IMG/VR virus record: IMGVR_UViG_3300027770_001980
Location: 157,357-221,356 of that record
Length of the DNA: 64,000 nt
Strand: one strand, 5' to 3'
Of the stretch, positions 47,154-56,848 are shown piece after piece. The notes under the pieces are model-generated. The model made no database searches, was not told where the DNA came from, and saw only the letters and a program-made list of their open reading frames with translations. The first letter of the stretch is position 1, and every line of letters begins with the position of its first letter. The position numbers and the translations under genes were made by a program.

Positions 47154-48155
47154 ATGAACGAAGTTCAGGCATCTTTACACACACTGTTACCTCCAAATAG
47201 AAAACTAACCACAGGCGGTTGGGTTAGTTTCAACGCGGTCTGCTGTCATAACAGAGGTGATCGCCCAGATACTAAAAAGCGTGGTGGTGTCCTCTTTACA
47301 GATGACGGTTTTACCTATCATTGCTTCAACTGTGGATTCAAAGCCGGCTGGAGCCCTGGTAAACTATTGAGCTCTAATACCAAATCATTGTTCAAATGGT
47401 GCGGTATGGGTGACAGTGATATAAGCAGATTGGGATTGATAACTCTTAAATTCAAAGAGGATCAACCGCAAACTAAACGTGCATTAAACTTTGTTTTGCA
47501 AGAAAGAGAATTGCCAGAAGGTGCGATGCTACTCAAAGAGTGGGCACTGGCAGTTTGGAAACCCGGCGAAGATGCAGACATGGTGCGAGTCTTTGAATAT
47601 CTTGTCAGTAGAGGAATGGAACTCGATTGGTATGATTGGATGTGGACACCCGCTCCTGGATACAAGGATCGATTACTCATACCTTTCTATCACGATGGTA
47701 AGGTAGTTGGATATACTGGTCGTAAAATAACAGAAGGTAAACCGAAATACCTTACAGATAGCCAGAACGGTTATGTGTTTAACCTCGATAGGCAGACCTA
47801 TGACAGATCTTGTGTTATAGTTGTTGAAGGACAATTTGATGCTATAGCAGTAGATGGTGCGGCTATAATGACCAATGAACCAAACGAAACCCAATGTGCG
47901 AGATTGAATGCCATGGGTAAACAGATAATAGTGGTTCCGGATAGAGATCGCCCTGGTGCAAAATTAGTCAAGGCAGCATTGGATAACGGCTGGGCTGTGA
48001 GTTTACCACCGTGGGAAGATGATGTCAAGGACGTTGCTGATGCTGTTAAACGATACGGCAGGCTTTATACACTAACCACGATATTACATTACCAAGAAAC
48101 AAATAAGATAAAAATACAGTTGATACAGAAAAAATTAGAGGCTATGAATGAATAA
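47154..48155 (+). CDS. gp61: DNA primase (gp61/DnaG-like)
   Basis: Zinc-binding CCH...HCFNCG, TOPRIM VVEGQFDA and VPDRDRPG. Confidence 0.9.
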   Translation: MNEVQASLHTLLPPNRKLTTGGWVSFNAVCCHNRGDRPDTKKRGGVLFTDDGFTYHCFNCGFKAGWSPGKLLSSNTKSLFKWCGMGDSDISRLGLITLKFKEDQPQTKRALNFVLQERELPEGAMLLKEWALAVWKPGEDADMVRVFEYLVSRGMELDWYDWMWTPAPGYKDRLLIPFYHDGKVVGYTGRKITEGKPKYLTDSQNGYVFNLDRQTYDRSCVIVVEGQFDAIAVDGAAIMTNEPNETQCARLNAMGKQIIVVPDRDRPGAKLVKAALDNGWAVSLPPWEDDVKDVADAVKRYGRLYTLTTILHYQETNKIKIQLIQKKLEAMNE

Positions 48156-49632
48156 AAAAGAGAAGAAACCAAACTATAATGCAGATATGCAGAAACTATA
48201 TCTGGAGATGTTTCTTTCAGATGCGGAGACATTTGTAAGATGTCAGAACATATTTGATCCACTTAACTTTGATCAAAGATATCAAGATACTGCGGAATTT
48301 ATTACCAAATATGTTGATGACTATAAGGTCATGCCCGAAGCCAGTATTGTAAATGCTAACTGCAAAATGGATCTACAACCAGTTCAGTTGGCCAGAGAAA
48401 ACTATGATTGGCTTATGGATGAGTTTGAGAACTTCAGCAGGCACAAAGGACTTGAACGTGCGATCGTGGCCAGTGCTGACTTACTTGAAGTAGGTGATTA
48501 TGGTCCGGTAGAGAAACTGATCAAAGATGCGATCCAAATTAGTTTAAACAAGGACATGGGCACTGATTACTTTGAAGATCCCAGAGCACGTCTAAGCAAA
48601 CTCAAAGATGGTAATGGACAAGTTAGTACAGGATGGCCCAGCATTGATAAGAAACTATACGGTGGATTCAATCGTGGTGAACTGAATATCTTCTGTGCAG
48701 GATCCGGCGGAGGTAAGAGTTTATTCTTAGCAAACTTGGGTGTGAACTGGGCACTTGCAGGTATGAATGTATTGTATCTTACATTCGAGTTGAGCGAGGG
48801 CCTTGTGGCTATGCGTTTGGACAGTATGATGACAGGTATCACAACACGCGAGATCTTTAAGAATCTTGATGAGGTTGAACTCAAGGTCAAAGTATTGGGT
48901 AAGAAGTCCGGAAATCTACAAGTCAAATATATGCCAAGTGGTAAGAACTGTAATGACATTCGTGCTTACTTGAAAGAGTATCAAGTTAAGAAAGGCTGTA
49001 AACCCGATGTTATCCTAATCGATTATTTGGACTTGATGATGCCATTAAGCGTGAAGATTAGTCCAAGTGACTTGTTTGTCAAAGACAAATATGTCAGTGA
49101 AGAAATACGTAATTTAGCAATGGAAACACAATGTGTTACTGTAACTGCAAGTCAGTTAAATCGTAGTGCAGTTGAAGAGATTGAATTTGATCACAGTCAT
49201 ATCTCGGGCGGTCTGAGTAAGATTATGACAGCAGATAATGTGATCGGTATCTTTACAAGTCGTGCTATGAAAGAACGCGGACGTTATCAAATACAGTTCA
49301 TGAAAACTCGTAGCAGTAGCGGAGTTGGACAAAAGGTTGAATTAGAATTTAATATTGATACATTACGAATCACAGACGCAGGGGATGACGATACTGCCAG
49401 TTTTAATCAGGGTGGGGGTCAATCATCTAACAGCAGCGGTGGTAGTTCTATGATGTCTGGATTTAAACGTACCAGCACAGTGAGCACCAGCACAGACGAA
49501 CCTGTTAATACTAAATGGGAAAGAGCAACACCCGTTGAGGGATTTGATTTGAGTAAACCTCAAGTCAAGGGTGTTAAGGCAGTCAGCGATATTAGATCAA
49601 TGCTGGCTAAAATGAACGAAGAAAAAGATTAA
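48148..49632 (+). CDS. gp41: Replicative helicase (gp41/DnaB-like)
   Basis: AGSGGGKS, TFELSE, ILIDYLDLM, TASQLNR and KTRSS. Confidence 0.93.
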   Translation: MNKKEKKPNYNADMQKLYLEMFLSDAETFVRCQNIFDPLNFDQRYQDTAEFITKYVDDYKVMPEASIVNANCKMDLQPVQLARENYDWLMDEFENFSRHKGLERAIVASADLLEVGDYGPVEKLIKDAIQISLNKDMGTDYFEDPRARLSKLKDGNGQVSTGWPSIDKKLYGGFNRGELNIFCAGSGGGKSLFLANLGVNWALAGMNVLYLTFELSEGLVAMRLDSMMTGITTREIFKNLDEVELKVKVLGKKSGNLQVKYMPSGKNCNDIRAYLKEYQVKKGCKPDVILIDYLDLMMPLSVKISPSDLFVKDKYVSEEIRNLAMETQCVTVTASQLNRSAVEEIEFDHSHISGGLSKIMTADNVIGIFTSRAMKERGRYQIQFMKTRSSSGVGQKVELEFNIDTLRITDAGDDDTASFNQGGGQSSNSSGGSSMMSGFKRTSTVSTSTDEPVNTKWERATPVEGFDLSKPQVKGVKAVSDIRSMLAKMNEEKD

Positions 49633-50189
49633 AACCAACTGGCTACTTGTTCTCTGCTGGATTCAGCAATAACTCTGTGCCATTGATCTATGTCTGTGTA
49701 ACCGAATAAAGTTTCAGGTTCTGCACGGGTAAATGACCAACTGTGATTAATGGTCCAGGGATCTTCGCCTAACACTTCACCATCTAAATGTCTTGGTAGC
49801 CAACGCACAAAACCTGCGATGGCTCTGAAATATGACGGCCCTTCATTGTTACTGATAGCACTTAATACAGACAAGTCACTACTGATTCCAATTTGATCAG
49901 TTACTTTATTTGTAGTTGGGCTGAACCAATCTAACGTATGTATAACGTGTATTCTATTTGTAGACTCTGGACCACCATTGTATAGTGGTTGATCGTTAGG
50001 CATTGTCAATCCTACATTTCTCATAACACTATCAAACGTGACATTACTGACATATGGTTTGTTAATTTGCAGACCAATGGCACCGGCACTGTCATGATCT
50101 ATTACCAATACTGTACTTCTACGTAGAACGGAATCCGTTCTTTTAGGATGTGCCGCTAACAGATGTCCTGTATAATTTTGCTCTATCAT
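49629..50189 (-). CDS. YqgE/AlgH (DUF179) family protein
   Basis: GHLLAAHP...DHDSAGAIGLQINKP...GGP...FRAIAGFVRW...LDGE...W. Confidence 0.85.
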   Translation of the reverse strand: MIEQNYTGHLLAAHPKRTDSVLRRSTVLVIDHDSAGAIGLQINKPYVSNVTFDSVMRNVGLTMPNDQPLYNGGPESTNRIHVIHTLDWFSPTTNKVTDQIGISSDLSVLSAISNNEGPSYFRAIAGFVRWLPRHLDGEVLGEDPWTINHSWSFTRAEPETLFGYTDIDQWHRVIAESSREQVASWF

Positions 50190-50194
50190 ACATC

Positions 50195-50211
50195 TATTTA
50201 ACCGATAAATA
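50195..50211. promoter_or_regulatory. Back-to-back TAAATA boxes (minus 50195-50200, plus 50206-50211)
   Basis: Located between the divergent YqgE-like and nucleotidyltransferase genes. Confidence 0.55.
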
Positions 50212-50218
50212 CTTTTAT

Positions 50219-50905
50219 ATGGCTATACTTGACTATAATTTGGGGTTTGAACCTCATGACCAACTTAATCCTAAAATCTGGCAGGGCGATCGTCTGCTGC
50301 CCGATGTTGAATCAGCATTGATTAAAATTGCACGAGATTTTAAGAAGTTTATAGATGTTCCATTTGATGTAGTAGATGTACGTATTACCGGCGGTCAGGT
50401 ATCATATTTCTATACTGATAAAAGCGATTTGGATTTACACTTGATTGCAGATTATAGCAGTGTGGACTGTGATAGAGAAGCAGCAGAACTATTTGATGCC
50501 AAGCGATTGCTTTATAAGAACAAATTTGATATCACCGTTAAAGGTATACCTGTAGAACTGTATGTGGAAGATTTAGATCACCCTGCGGTTAGTGCTGCTT
50601 ATAGCATACAACAAAGACGGTGGCTTTCTCGGCCAAAACAGAATGTAGGGCCATTTGATGTGGATAACATTGAACATATGACTCAAGTATGGGACACTTT
50701 AATTCGACACAGTTTAGCGTCAAAAGATGCCAATACTGCCAAAAAAATAATGAATTTATTGCGGAAATTTCGTCAATTGGGCCTCAAAACCACCGGAGAA
50801 TATTCCACAGCTAATCTGGTATATAAAACACTACGTAACAGTGATATTATTCGACAATTACAAAATTTCATTGATCAAGCACATGATCAAAATTTAAGTA
50901 TCTAA
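50219..50905 (+). CDS. Pol-beta superfamily nucleotidyltransferase; start refined to ATG 50219
   Basis: DVRITGGQVSY...SDLDLHL and VELYVED motifs; C-terminal GEYSTANLVYKTLR. Confidence 0.75.
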   Translation: MAILDYNLGFEPHDQLNPKIWQGDRLLPDVESALIKIARDFKKFIDVPFDVVDVRITGGQVSYFYTDKSDLDLHLIADYSSVDCDREAAELFDAKRLLYKNKFDITVKGIPVELYVEDLDHPAVSAAYSIQQRRWLSRPKQNVGPFDVDNIEHMTQVWDTLIRHSLASKDANTAKKIMNLLRKFRQLGLKTTGEYSTANLVYKTLRNSDIIRQLQNFIDQAHDQNLSI

Positions 50906-51598
50906 TTATTTTCTGTAGAATTCCGGTGGGTGCGGATTCATATAATGGTCAAGATTACCTGTATTATACATATTGTAGAACCTCGCACCATTTCTACCTA
51001 ACCACATTTCCGGACCGTTCACGGGCGTTACATCGGTCCAGGGATTCTCATAATGTAGAGACGAGGGCAGGGGTATCTTATTGCATTTCCTAATGAAACT
51101 GGATTTTAACCAATATACATTACCACTGAAATGATTGTTGTCACGTAGTAAACTACCAACAGCATCATATCCTTCATCTAACTTGGTGATACAATCTCGC
51201 CAATTTTCAATGGTCCAATAATCCATGATCCATCTCCAATGTTTGCAAGGAATGGCCCTATCTGAAAATCCTTCAACATAAGAAACACCTTTTTGATGTG
51301 TATATAGAGCATAGAAATCTTCAGTTGTATTATCAGCGGTTTCTTTCATTAAACGATTGGTTGTGATCTCTGCATCTCGGGGATCTGATGTTTTAAAAAT
51401 CCAATTTATATTTGAATAATGTCGATATTGTTCTTTAAGATCATCAAAACTGTTTTTATTGTAATGGCAATTGATGTTTAATTCTGCAACATCTAACAAA
51501 CCACTAACTTTCATTTTTGTAATTTGTTCTTCAAAAATTAGTTTTGTATGATTCAAATTTAAATCAATCACATGATAAAAAATTTTAAGATGTGCCAT
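50906..51598 (-). CDS. Glycosyltransferase-like/hypothetical protein
   Basis: LYTHQKGVS...YDAVG...HFSGNVYW pattern, inside the GT cluster. Confidence 0.45.
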   Translation of the reverse strand: MAHLKIFYHVIDLNLNHTKLIFEEQITKMKVSGLLDVAELNINCHYNKNSFDDLKEQYRHYSNINWIFKTSDPRDAEITTNRLMKETADNTTEDFYALYTHQKGVSYVEGFSDRAIPCKHWRWIMDYWTIENWRDCITKLDEGYDAVGSLLRDNNHFSGNVYWLKSSFIRKCNKIPLPSSLHYENPWTDVTPVNGPEMWLGRNGARFYNMYNTGNLDHYMNPHPPEFYRK

Positions 51599-51599
51599 A

Positions 51600-52304
51600 T
51601 TATGTAGTCCTGGTTAACACCTCTTGCCAATCCACCATCTTTCCAATCACCCATGTGTCACAGTGAGTTGCATATCCAGGAACGGGCGTGATCAAACCCC
51701 TCGATTCCGATAATGCAGAAAATAATTGTGTATCATGAGTCCAACGATCTTCACCACCGCACCACTGTTGAAATAATGATCGATCTTCTATTAGATATCC
51801 TACACGACTGGCAAATGTCATGGTAGTAGAACCAGTTGTACGCCAATGGCAATCTTCGGAAATAATTAGTTTACACAATCGATCAGCATTACTATCCCAA
51901 TACTTGTCCGGATGATCATATAGGCTTACATACGGACAATTTTGAAGTCCTTGCTCTAATATTATATCAGCACCTTCGTGATGTATGTAATCATCTTCAA
52001 CAAAATATACAATCATATCTTTGGGTAATTGTATTGCTTGGTCAAGTGAATATAGAAATGAACCAGCATTGGATCCAAATGTGGTTCTACGTAAATCCAA
52101 TAGGGGATATAGACTATTGAGTTTATCCCATACTTGGTCATCAACTCCGTCGGCTACAACCGTGATATCATGCTCGTTGAATACCGTGGTAAAGTTTTTT
52201 AAACATTTCCATTTGTCAAACCATTCTGGACGATCTGGCGGAGTACGTGGATTTCCGGCATAGTCCGGCATGATCCTAAAACTAAACCTGTAGTATATCT
52301 TCAT
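51600..52304 (-). CDS. GT-A fold glycosyltransferase
   Basis: ITVVAD, VYFVEDDYIH and STTMTF motifs. Confidence 0.65.
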   Translation of the reverse strand: MKIYYRFSFRIMPDYAGNPRTPPDRPEWFDKWKCLKNFTTVFNEHDITVVADGVDDQVWDKLNSLYPLLDLRRTTFGSNAGSFLYSLDQAIQLPKDMIVYFVEDDYIHHEGADIILEQGLQNCPYVSLYDHPDKYWDSNADRLCKLIISEDCHWRTTGSTTMTFASRVGYLIEDRSLFQQWCGGEDRWTHDTQLFSALSESRGLITPVPGYATHCDTWVIGKMVDWQEVLTRTT

Positions 52305-53169
52305 TTCTTTTATTATGAAAGAATGGTGGTTTTCCGAGATTTACTTCTAAAATACCCCATGGCCAATATTCTTGAACAGTTTTCTTACCGCCTGGCGCAA
52401 TGAAGTCTCTGTACTTACTGATGTTGTTTAAAATAGTTTTGGGAAAATACTCATCGAGAATTACTGGCTCCCAAACTTCATTGGGACGGAAATAATCCCG
52501 ACCTCGAGAGATCATATCAGAAACATTTATCTTATCTACAATTGAGGGAATATTGAGCTCTTGATGGCTAAAACTGTTGATTTTATTTTTAATAAATTCT
52601 TCATTACCTAAGTAACTGAAATGCCACCCTGCATGATGCAATTCAATTTTATTTCGACCAGGAACTTCATCCATTTTGAATCTCATGCTGTTGGGTGCGG
52701 CTTGAAATCCTCTATAGGCTTTACCTCTCCATGGATAATTGTCTGTAACATCCAGATAGTTGTATTTGAAATAGAACATGGGCATCGCTAATCCATAAAA
52801 GGAATAATTGGTATCTCTGATATATTGAAATGCCTCGGCTCTGGTGATTTCATCCATATCACTGATGAGAATCACATCATCATCTGTTAAGTCTTTCCAT
52901 CCTCTTGCTTGTTGATTACGTTGCCATTCTTCATTGACCCAGGCATTGGAATCTGTGGGAGAATTTTCAACTTTGATGTAATCAATTTTATCCATCCATT
53001 GACTATATCTGTCAAGATTCTTTTCCAGATTGAATCCTTTGTATATTCCACTATAGGTCCTGTCACATTCAACTATGACAAACTTGTCTACGTGGTCGTA
53101 GTGCTCTCTTAATCGTAATTCTAAAAGATCATACTCATTTAAGAACATGACCGTATCGTATATTTTCAT
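52282..53169 (-). CDS. GT17-family (beta-1,4-GlcNAc-transferase/MGAT3-like) glycosyltransferase
   Basis: FLNEYDLLELRL...DKFVIVE, EEWQRN, ISDMDEI, GWHFSYLG and SFSHQE. Confidence 0.88.
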   Translation of the reverse strand: MKIYDTVMFLNEYDLLELRLREHYDHVDKFVIVECDRTYSGIYKGFNLEKNLDRYSQWMDKIDYIKVENSPTDSNAWVNEEWQRNQQARGWKDLTDDDVILISDMDEITRAEAFQYIRDTNYSFYGLAMPMFYFKYNYLDVTDNYPWRGKAYRGFQAAPNSMRFKMDEVPGRNKIELHHAGWHFSYLGNEEFIKNKINSFSHQELNIPSIVDKINVSDMISRGRDYFRPNEVWEPVILDEYFPKTILNNISKYRDFIAPGGKKTVQEYWPWGILEVNLGKPPFFHNKRNEDILQV

Positions 53170-53200
53170 TGGTTACCTTTATATTATGCATCGATGACGA

Positions 53201-53243
53201 TATTTATTAATGACTTGTATTGCTGAAAAAATTATAGTATACT
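53201..53243. promoter_or_regulatory. Divergent control region: minus-strand TAAATA (53201-53206) and plus-strand TTGTAT-N17-TATACT (53215-53243)
   Basis: Motifs read directly in the 113 bp gap between the two GT arms. Confidence 0.55.
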
Positions 53244-53282
53244 ATAATTAAAATAAGTAAACAATACAAAAGGAAGTTAATA

Positions 53283-54179
53283 ATGCAGGCACTTTTCACA
53301 GGGGGTTTGGGCGATTTTATTGGAGCCGAATCTTTTATGACCGATCAGGAAAAAGATTCAGTTACTACTATACTTTGGGCAACCAGAAACAGAATTGAAA
53401 TACAAGAGGCTGTGGATCTACAATTGGTATTTCCTAACTTGAAAGATCAAAAGATTATGTTCGACGATTGGGCTACTGAACGTCCTACACGCGATTGGCA
53501 ACCCGGCGATCGTTTTATGAACATAGGCATGAAACACGAACTTAATCTTAAATGCAATTTGGGACTAAGTTCAGAGGAACTTGCGGCAATTAGTGATCAT
53601 AGTTTGGATGCTACACTACAACGTATATTCTCCGGACTTAAATGGCAAAGCAGTAGAACAGCTACACGGGGAAATTGGCCATCTGTAGAATACTTGAATC
53701 TACCCGCTAACTATGTGGTTATACATCCATGGAGCGATGCAGAGATTAACGGTAGAGAATTCAATGACGCCGATTGGGATCAGATTTTCCAATTCTTGGA
53801 TAGAGAGGGTATGTTGGGTGTAGTGGTTAATAAAAGCAATAAACTTCCGCCCTCACACCCGAAATTAATCGATCTTACTAATCAAACTTCTTTAAAAGAA
53901 ACATTTAATGTTATGAGGGGCGCAGCCGCTGCTATACTTTGTGCCAGTAGCTTGGCATGTTTGGCTACTAAAATGTTTTCTAAAGGAGCTATCGTCCTTA
54001 AGGGAGGCTATCCACATATGTTTACAGACTGGGCTACTTATTTTTATCACGGCCCTTTTACTAATCCTAACGATATAATCTATAAAGACCTTGCTATAAT
54101 AAATCCAATTCCAAAAAATACTAACACATACTACAACACTCCTGCTGGGTTGGATCAGGGCTATTTAACTTTATTATAA
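53283..54179 (+). CDS. GT9 (heptosyltransferase-like, GT-B) glycosyltransferase
   Basis: GGLGDFI, YVVIHP and LIDLTNQTSLKE...ASSLACLA. Confidence 0.7.
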   Translation: MQALFTGGLGDFIGAESFMTDQEKDSVTTILWATRNRIEIQEAVDLQLVFPNLKDQKIMFDDWATERPTRDWQPGDRFMNIGMKHELNLKCNLGLSSEELAAISDHSLDATLQRIFSGLKWQSSRTATRGNWPSVEYLNLPANYVVIHPWSDAEINGREFNDADWDQIFQFLDREGMLGVVVNKSNKLPPSHPKLIDLTNQTSLKETFNVMRGAAAAILCASSLACLATKMFSKGAIVLKGGYPHMFTDWATYFYHGPFTNPNDIIYKDLAIINPIPKNTNTYYNTPAGLDQGYLTLL

Positions 54180-54191
54180 GAGAAACAATTT

Positions 54192-54986
54192 ATGACACAA
54201 TTAATATTGGGCGCAGCCTGCGGATATACAACTAAGGAATTGGAACCTTTTGTAAAATCACTACGTAGATACTATCAGGGCGATGCTGTATTAGTGGTAT
54301 TTCCATTGTCTGATAGTGATAGAACCTTTTTTGAACAATATAATATCATTACTTACGAATTGGATCAACCTATTCCTAATCCCAAAGATATACAAACTTA
54401 TAGGTATTACTTCTATAACGAATGTATGGAAAACTTTCCAACCGCAGATCATGTATTGATTATCGATGTTAGAGATGTTATGTTCCAAGACGATCCATTT
54501 AAATATCCATTGACCCATCAATTGGAATTTTATCAGGAACCTTGCCTATATAAAAATTGCCCTGCTAATGCACCTTGGATGCATGGCATGTATTCTCAAT
54601 CGGGATACGACTTGGTTAAAGATGAATATATCCTATGTGGTGGTAGTACTATCGGAACATTCCAAGGCATGTCATTATATATTAATGCTATGATTAAAGA
54701 AATTGAAAGAATACAAGCAACTGGTAGACATATACATTCCGGTGAAGATCAACCTATACATAATTTCTTGGTTTATAATCAAACTTTCCCCGATTGGATT
54801 ACACATCCTAATGCAGAACATGCTATTGCTACTCTTCATCATCAACATCAATTTACCTTTAATCGTGCGGGACAATTGCTAAACAGTCGCAATGAACCAA
54901 TTCCTATTGTACATCAATGGGATCGTACTAATGCAGTTAAAGCGGTTGCCGAACGCACCGCCCTGGAAGGCCCTTTGAAATATTGA
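54192..54986 (+). CDS. GT-A fold glycosyltransferase-like protein
   Basis: VLIIDVRDVMFQDDPF (DxxD), CGGSTIG, EDQ and HQWDR. Confidence 0.6.
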   Translation: MTQLILGAACGYTTKELEPFVKSLRRYYQGDAVLVVFPLSDSDRTFFEQYNIITYELDQPIPNPKDIQTYRYYFYNECMENFPTADHVLIIDVRDVMFQDDPFKYPLTHQLEFYQEPCLYKNCPANAPWMHGMYSQSGYDLVKDEYILCGGSTIGTFQGMSLYINAMIKEIERIQATGRHIHSGEDQPIHNFLVYNQTFPDWITHPNAEHAIATLHHQHQFTFNRAGQLLNSRNEPIPIVHQWDRTNAVKAVAERTALEGPLKY

Positions 54987-54990
54987 ACTT

Positions 54991-55848
54991 ATGAAATCTA
55001 ATGAACTAACTATTGCCATTGTCGATACTGCTTTTTATCCTTTGGCAACCCGCAGTATAGAAACAACTCTGGAGATAACCAACGCGAAACGAGTTTTGGT
55101 CTTGAGCGACCGAGACTTCTTTCCCGGCTCTGATTTTGTTAAAATTGATACCATTAATGATAAAAGAGACTACAGTCGGTTGATGCTTAAAGAATTGGGT
55201 CGACATATTACTACCGATCACTTTATGGTTATCCAATACGATGGATTGCCTATCGATACAAGTCAATGGCAAGACGACTTTATGAAATACGACTATATCG
55301 GTGCTACTTGGCCTTGGGGACCCTATGATCAACGTGTGGGCAATGGTGGCTTTAGTATACGTAGTCGTCGTCTACATGAACTGTGCTTACAGGACGAAAT
55401 GGTGTTTGATCCCCCTGGGTATGGTGATAATAACTATATGGAGGATACTCATATATGTCAACTCTATCGTGTTTGGCTTGAGACACAAGGCATTAGATAT
55501 GCTCCTGCTGATTTGGCCAATCAATTTTCAGCCGAATGTCCCGGCGGTCGGTTTGATACATACGGTTTCCATGGCACCCTGTGTTTACCACACTACTTGT
55601 CAGACGACCATATGAAATTCTATATTGATAATCTACCTAACGACTTCTTCTTAGACGAATCTCAAACTCGTATCGTGTTTGGACTGTTTTTAGCTGAACG
55701 CTGGGAGAATATGGAAATGATGATGGACCGCGGTATGACTTTGGATCCCGACTTCTTATCTCGTGTATTCGATTTGTTTAAGAAGGAATCTGGACTTTGG
55801 CCTGGTATGACACTACACGACCTTGAACAGGTTTTGATCAACTATTAG
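54991..55848 (+). CDS. DUF5672-like (putative glycosyltransferase) protein
   Basis: FMVIQYDG, YDYIGATW, VGNGGFSIRS, EDTHIC and YGFHG. Confidence 0.75.
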   Translation: MKSNELTIAIVDTAFYPLATRSIETTLEITNAKRVLVLSDRDFFPGSDFVKIDTINDKRDYSRLMLKELGRHITTDHFMVIQYDGLPIDTSQWQDDFMKYDYIGATWPWGPYDQRVGNGGFSIRSRRLHELCLQDEMVFDPPGYGDNNYMEDTHICQLYRVWLETQGIRYAPADLANQFSAECPGGRFDTYGFHGTLCLPHYLSDDHMKFYIDNLPNDFFLDESQTRIVFGLFLAERWENMEMMMDRGMTLDPDFLSRVFDLFKKESGLWPGMTLHDLEQVLINY

Positions 55849-55927
55849 ATGAGTAGTTAATAACTAAACCCACATACTTAAATAAAATTGGTAGAATTAT
55901 ATCTACTTTTAAAAAGGAGTCTATTTT

Positions 55928-56158
55928 ATGGACAATGTAATGACAAAGGCTAATGGCCTTTTATCTGGTATAATCGATATTGGCATCAAACTGATTGCCG
56001 CTGGTGTGATCCTGCAAATCCTATTTGGTGCTGCTGTTCCATTCTTGGCTATCGATGTAACCGCAAGCGTGATTAAATTTGTGGCGGCTTTGGGCAGTCA
56101 AGGTTTGGTCGGTCTGACTGCATTGGCAGTTATCTATTGGTCCTTCACTAAGAAGTAA
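55928..56158 (+). CDS. Small membrane protein in its own transcription unit
   Basis: 76 aa with two to three hydrophobic segments; TAAATA at 55879-55884, AAGGAG RBS and a downstream terminator. Confidence 0.7.
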   Translation: MDNVMTKANGLLSGIIDIGIKLIAAGVILQILFGAAVPFLAIDVTASVIKFVAALGSQGLVGLTALAVIYWSFTKK

Positions 56159-56176
56159 ACTCCAATAGTACAAACT

Positions 56177-56205
56177 AAAAAGCCCCAACTTACGGGGCTT
56201 TTTTT
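56177..56205. terminator. Bidirectional intrinsic terminator
   Basis: aaaaagcccc-aacttac-ggggcttttttt between convergent genes. Confidence 0.88.
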
Positions 56206-56290
56206 ATACACACTTTGAGATCCTTACACAACACTTACCTCGCGAAGCGACAGCGCAAAAAACTTTTCAGTAAGTAGTTATATACCTACT

Positions 56291-56848
56291 TTATAATATC
56301 TCAACTAACAATCTACGTGTATCCAAAGCATGTTGCTCACGCTGTTCTAACTTTAACTTATATATGGTTCGCAATAACTCTCGCGCACTATCTACAGTTA
56401 AATCTACCTTGATAGCCTCCCCTCCAGCAGCTGACCACTGCTGACAATTGTCAGACCTGTCATCTACCAGTATATCACCAGCACTACAGTGACGCCACTT
56501 GTCTTCACTATAGGGCCCAAAATGTACTGGAATGTCGGGAAAATATCTTCCTGCCCACTCTATCTTATCATGAAATACCCAGGGCACATCATTGTTGTGC
56601 GGTATGGCCGTTAAGAACAATAACTCCCACCCTAAATCATCTCTGAACCAGCGAGCTACACTTACTAACTCTTCTGCTCCTGGCATTAAGGGCAAATCTC
56701 GAAATATACGACCATTGCTACGTAATCGATCCCAATCCGCTGGCTTATAACGCTGTTTTGGATCTGTTGAATCCGATCCTAATATCATACGTGCATTGGT
56801 ACGCCAATCTGCTACGACTCCATCCATATCTAAGTAAAGTTTATTCAT
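56291..56848 (-). CDS. HAD-family 5'(3')-deoxyribonucleotidase-like protein
   Basis: LYLDMDGVVADW, FLTA, DKIEW and ILVDDRSDN. Confidence 0.85.
   Translation of the reverse strand: MNKLYLDMDGVVADWRTNARMILGSDSTDPKQRYKPADWDRLRSNGRIFRDLPLMPGAEELVSVARWFRDDLGWELLFLTAIPHNNDVPWVFHDKIEWAGRYFPDIPVHFGPYSEDKWRHCSAGDILVDDRSDNCQQWSAAGGEAIKVDLTVDSARELLRTIYKLKLEQREQHALDTRRLLVEIL

Noticed and set aside
29588-49632. Inteins or introns in terminase, UvsX, UvsW or gp41
   Set aside because: Lengths and motif spacing are ordinary, and no splicing motifs were seen.
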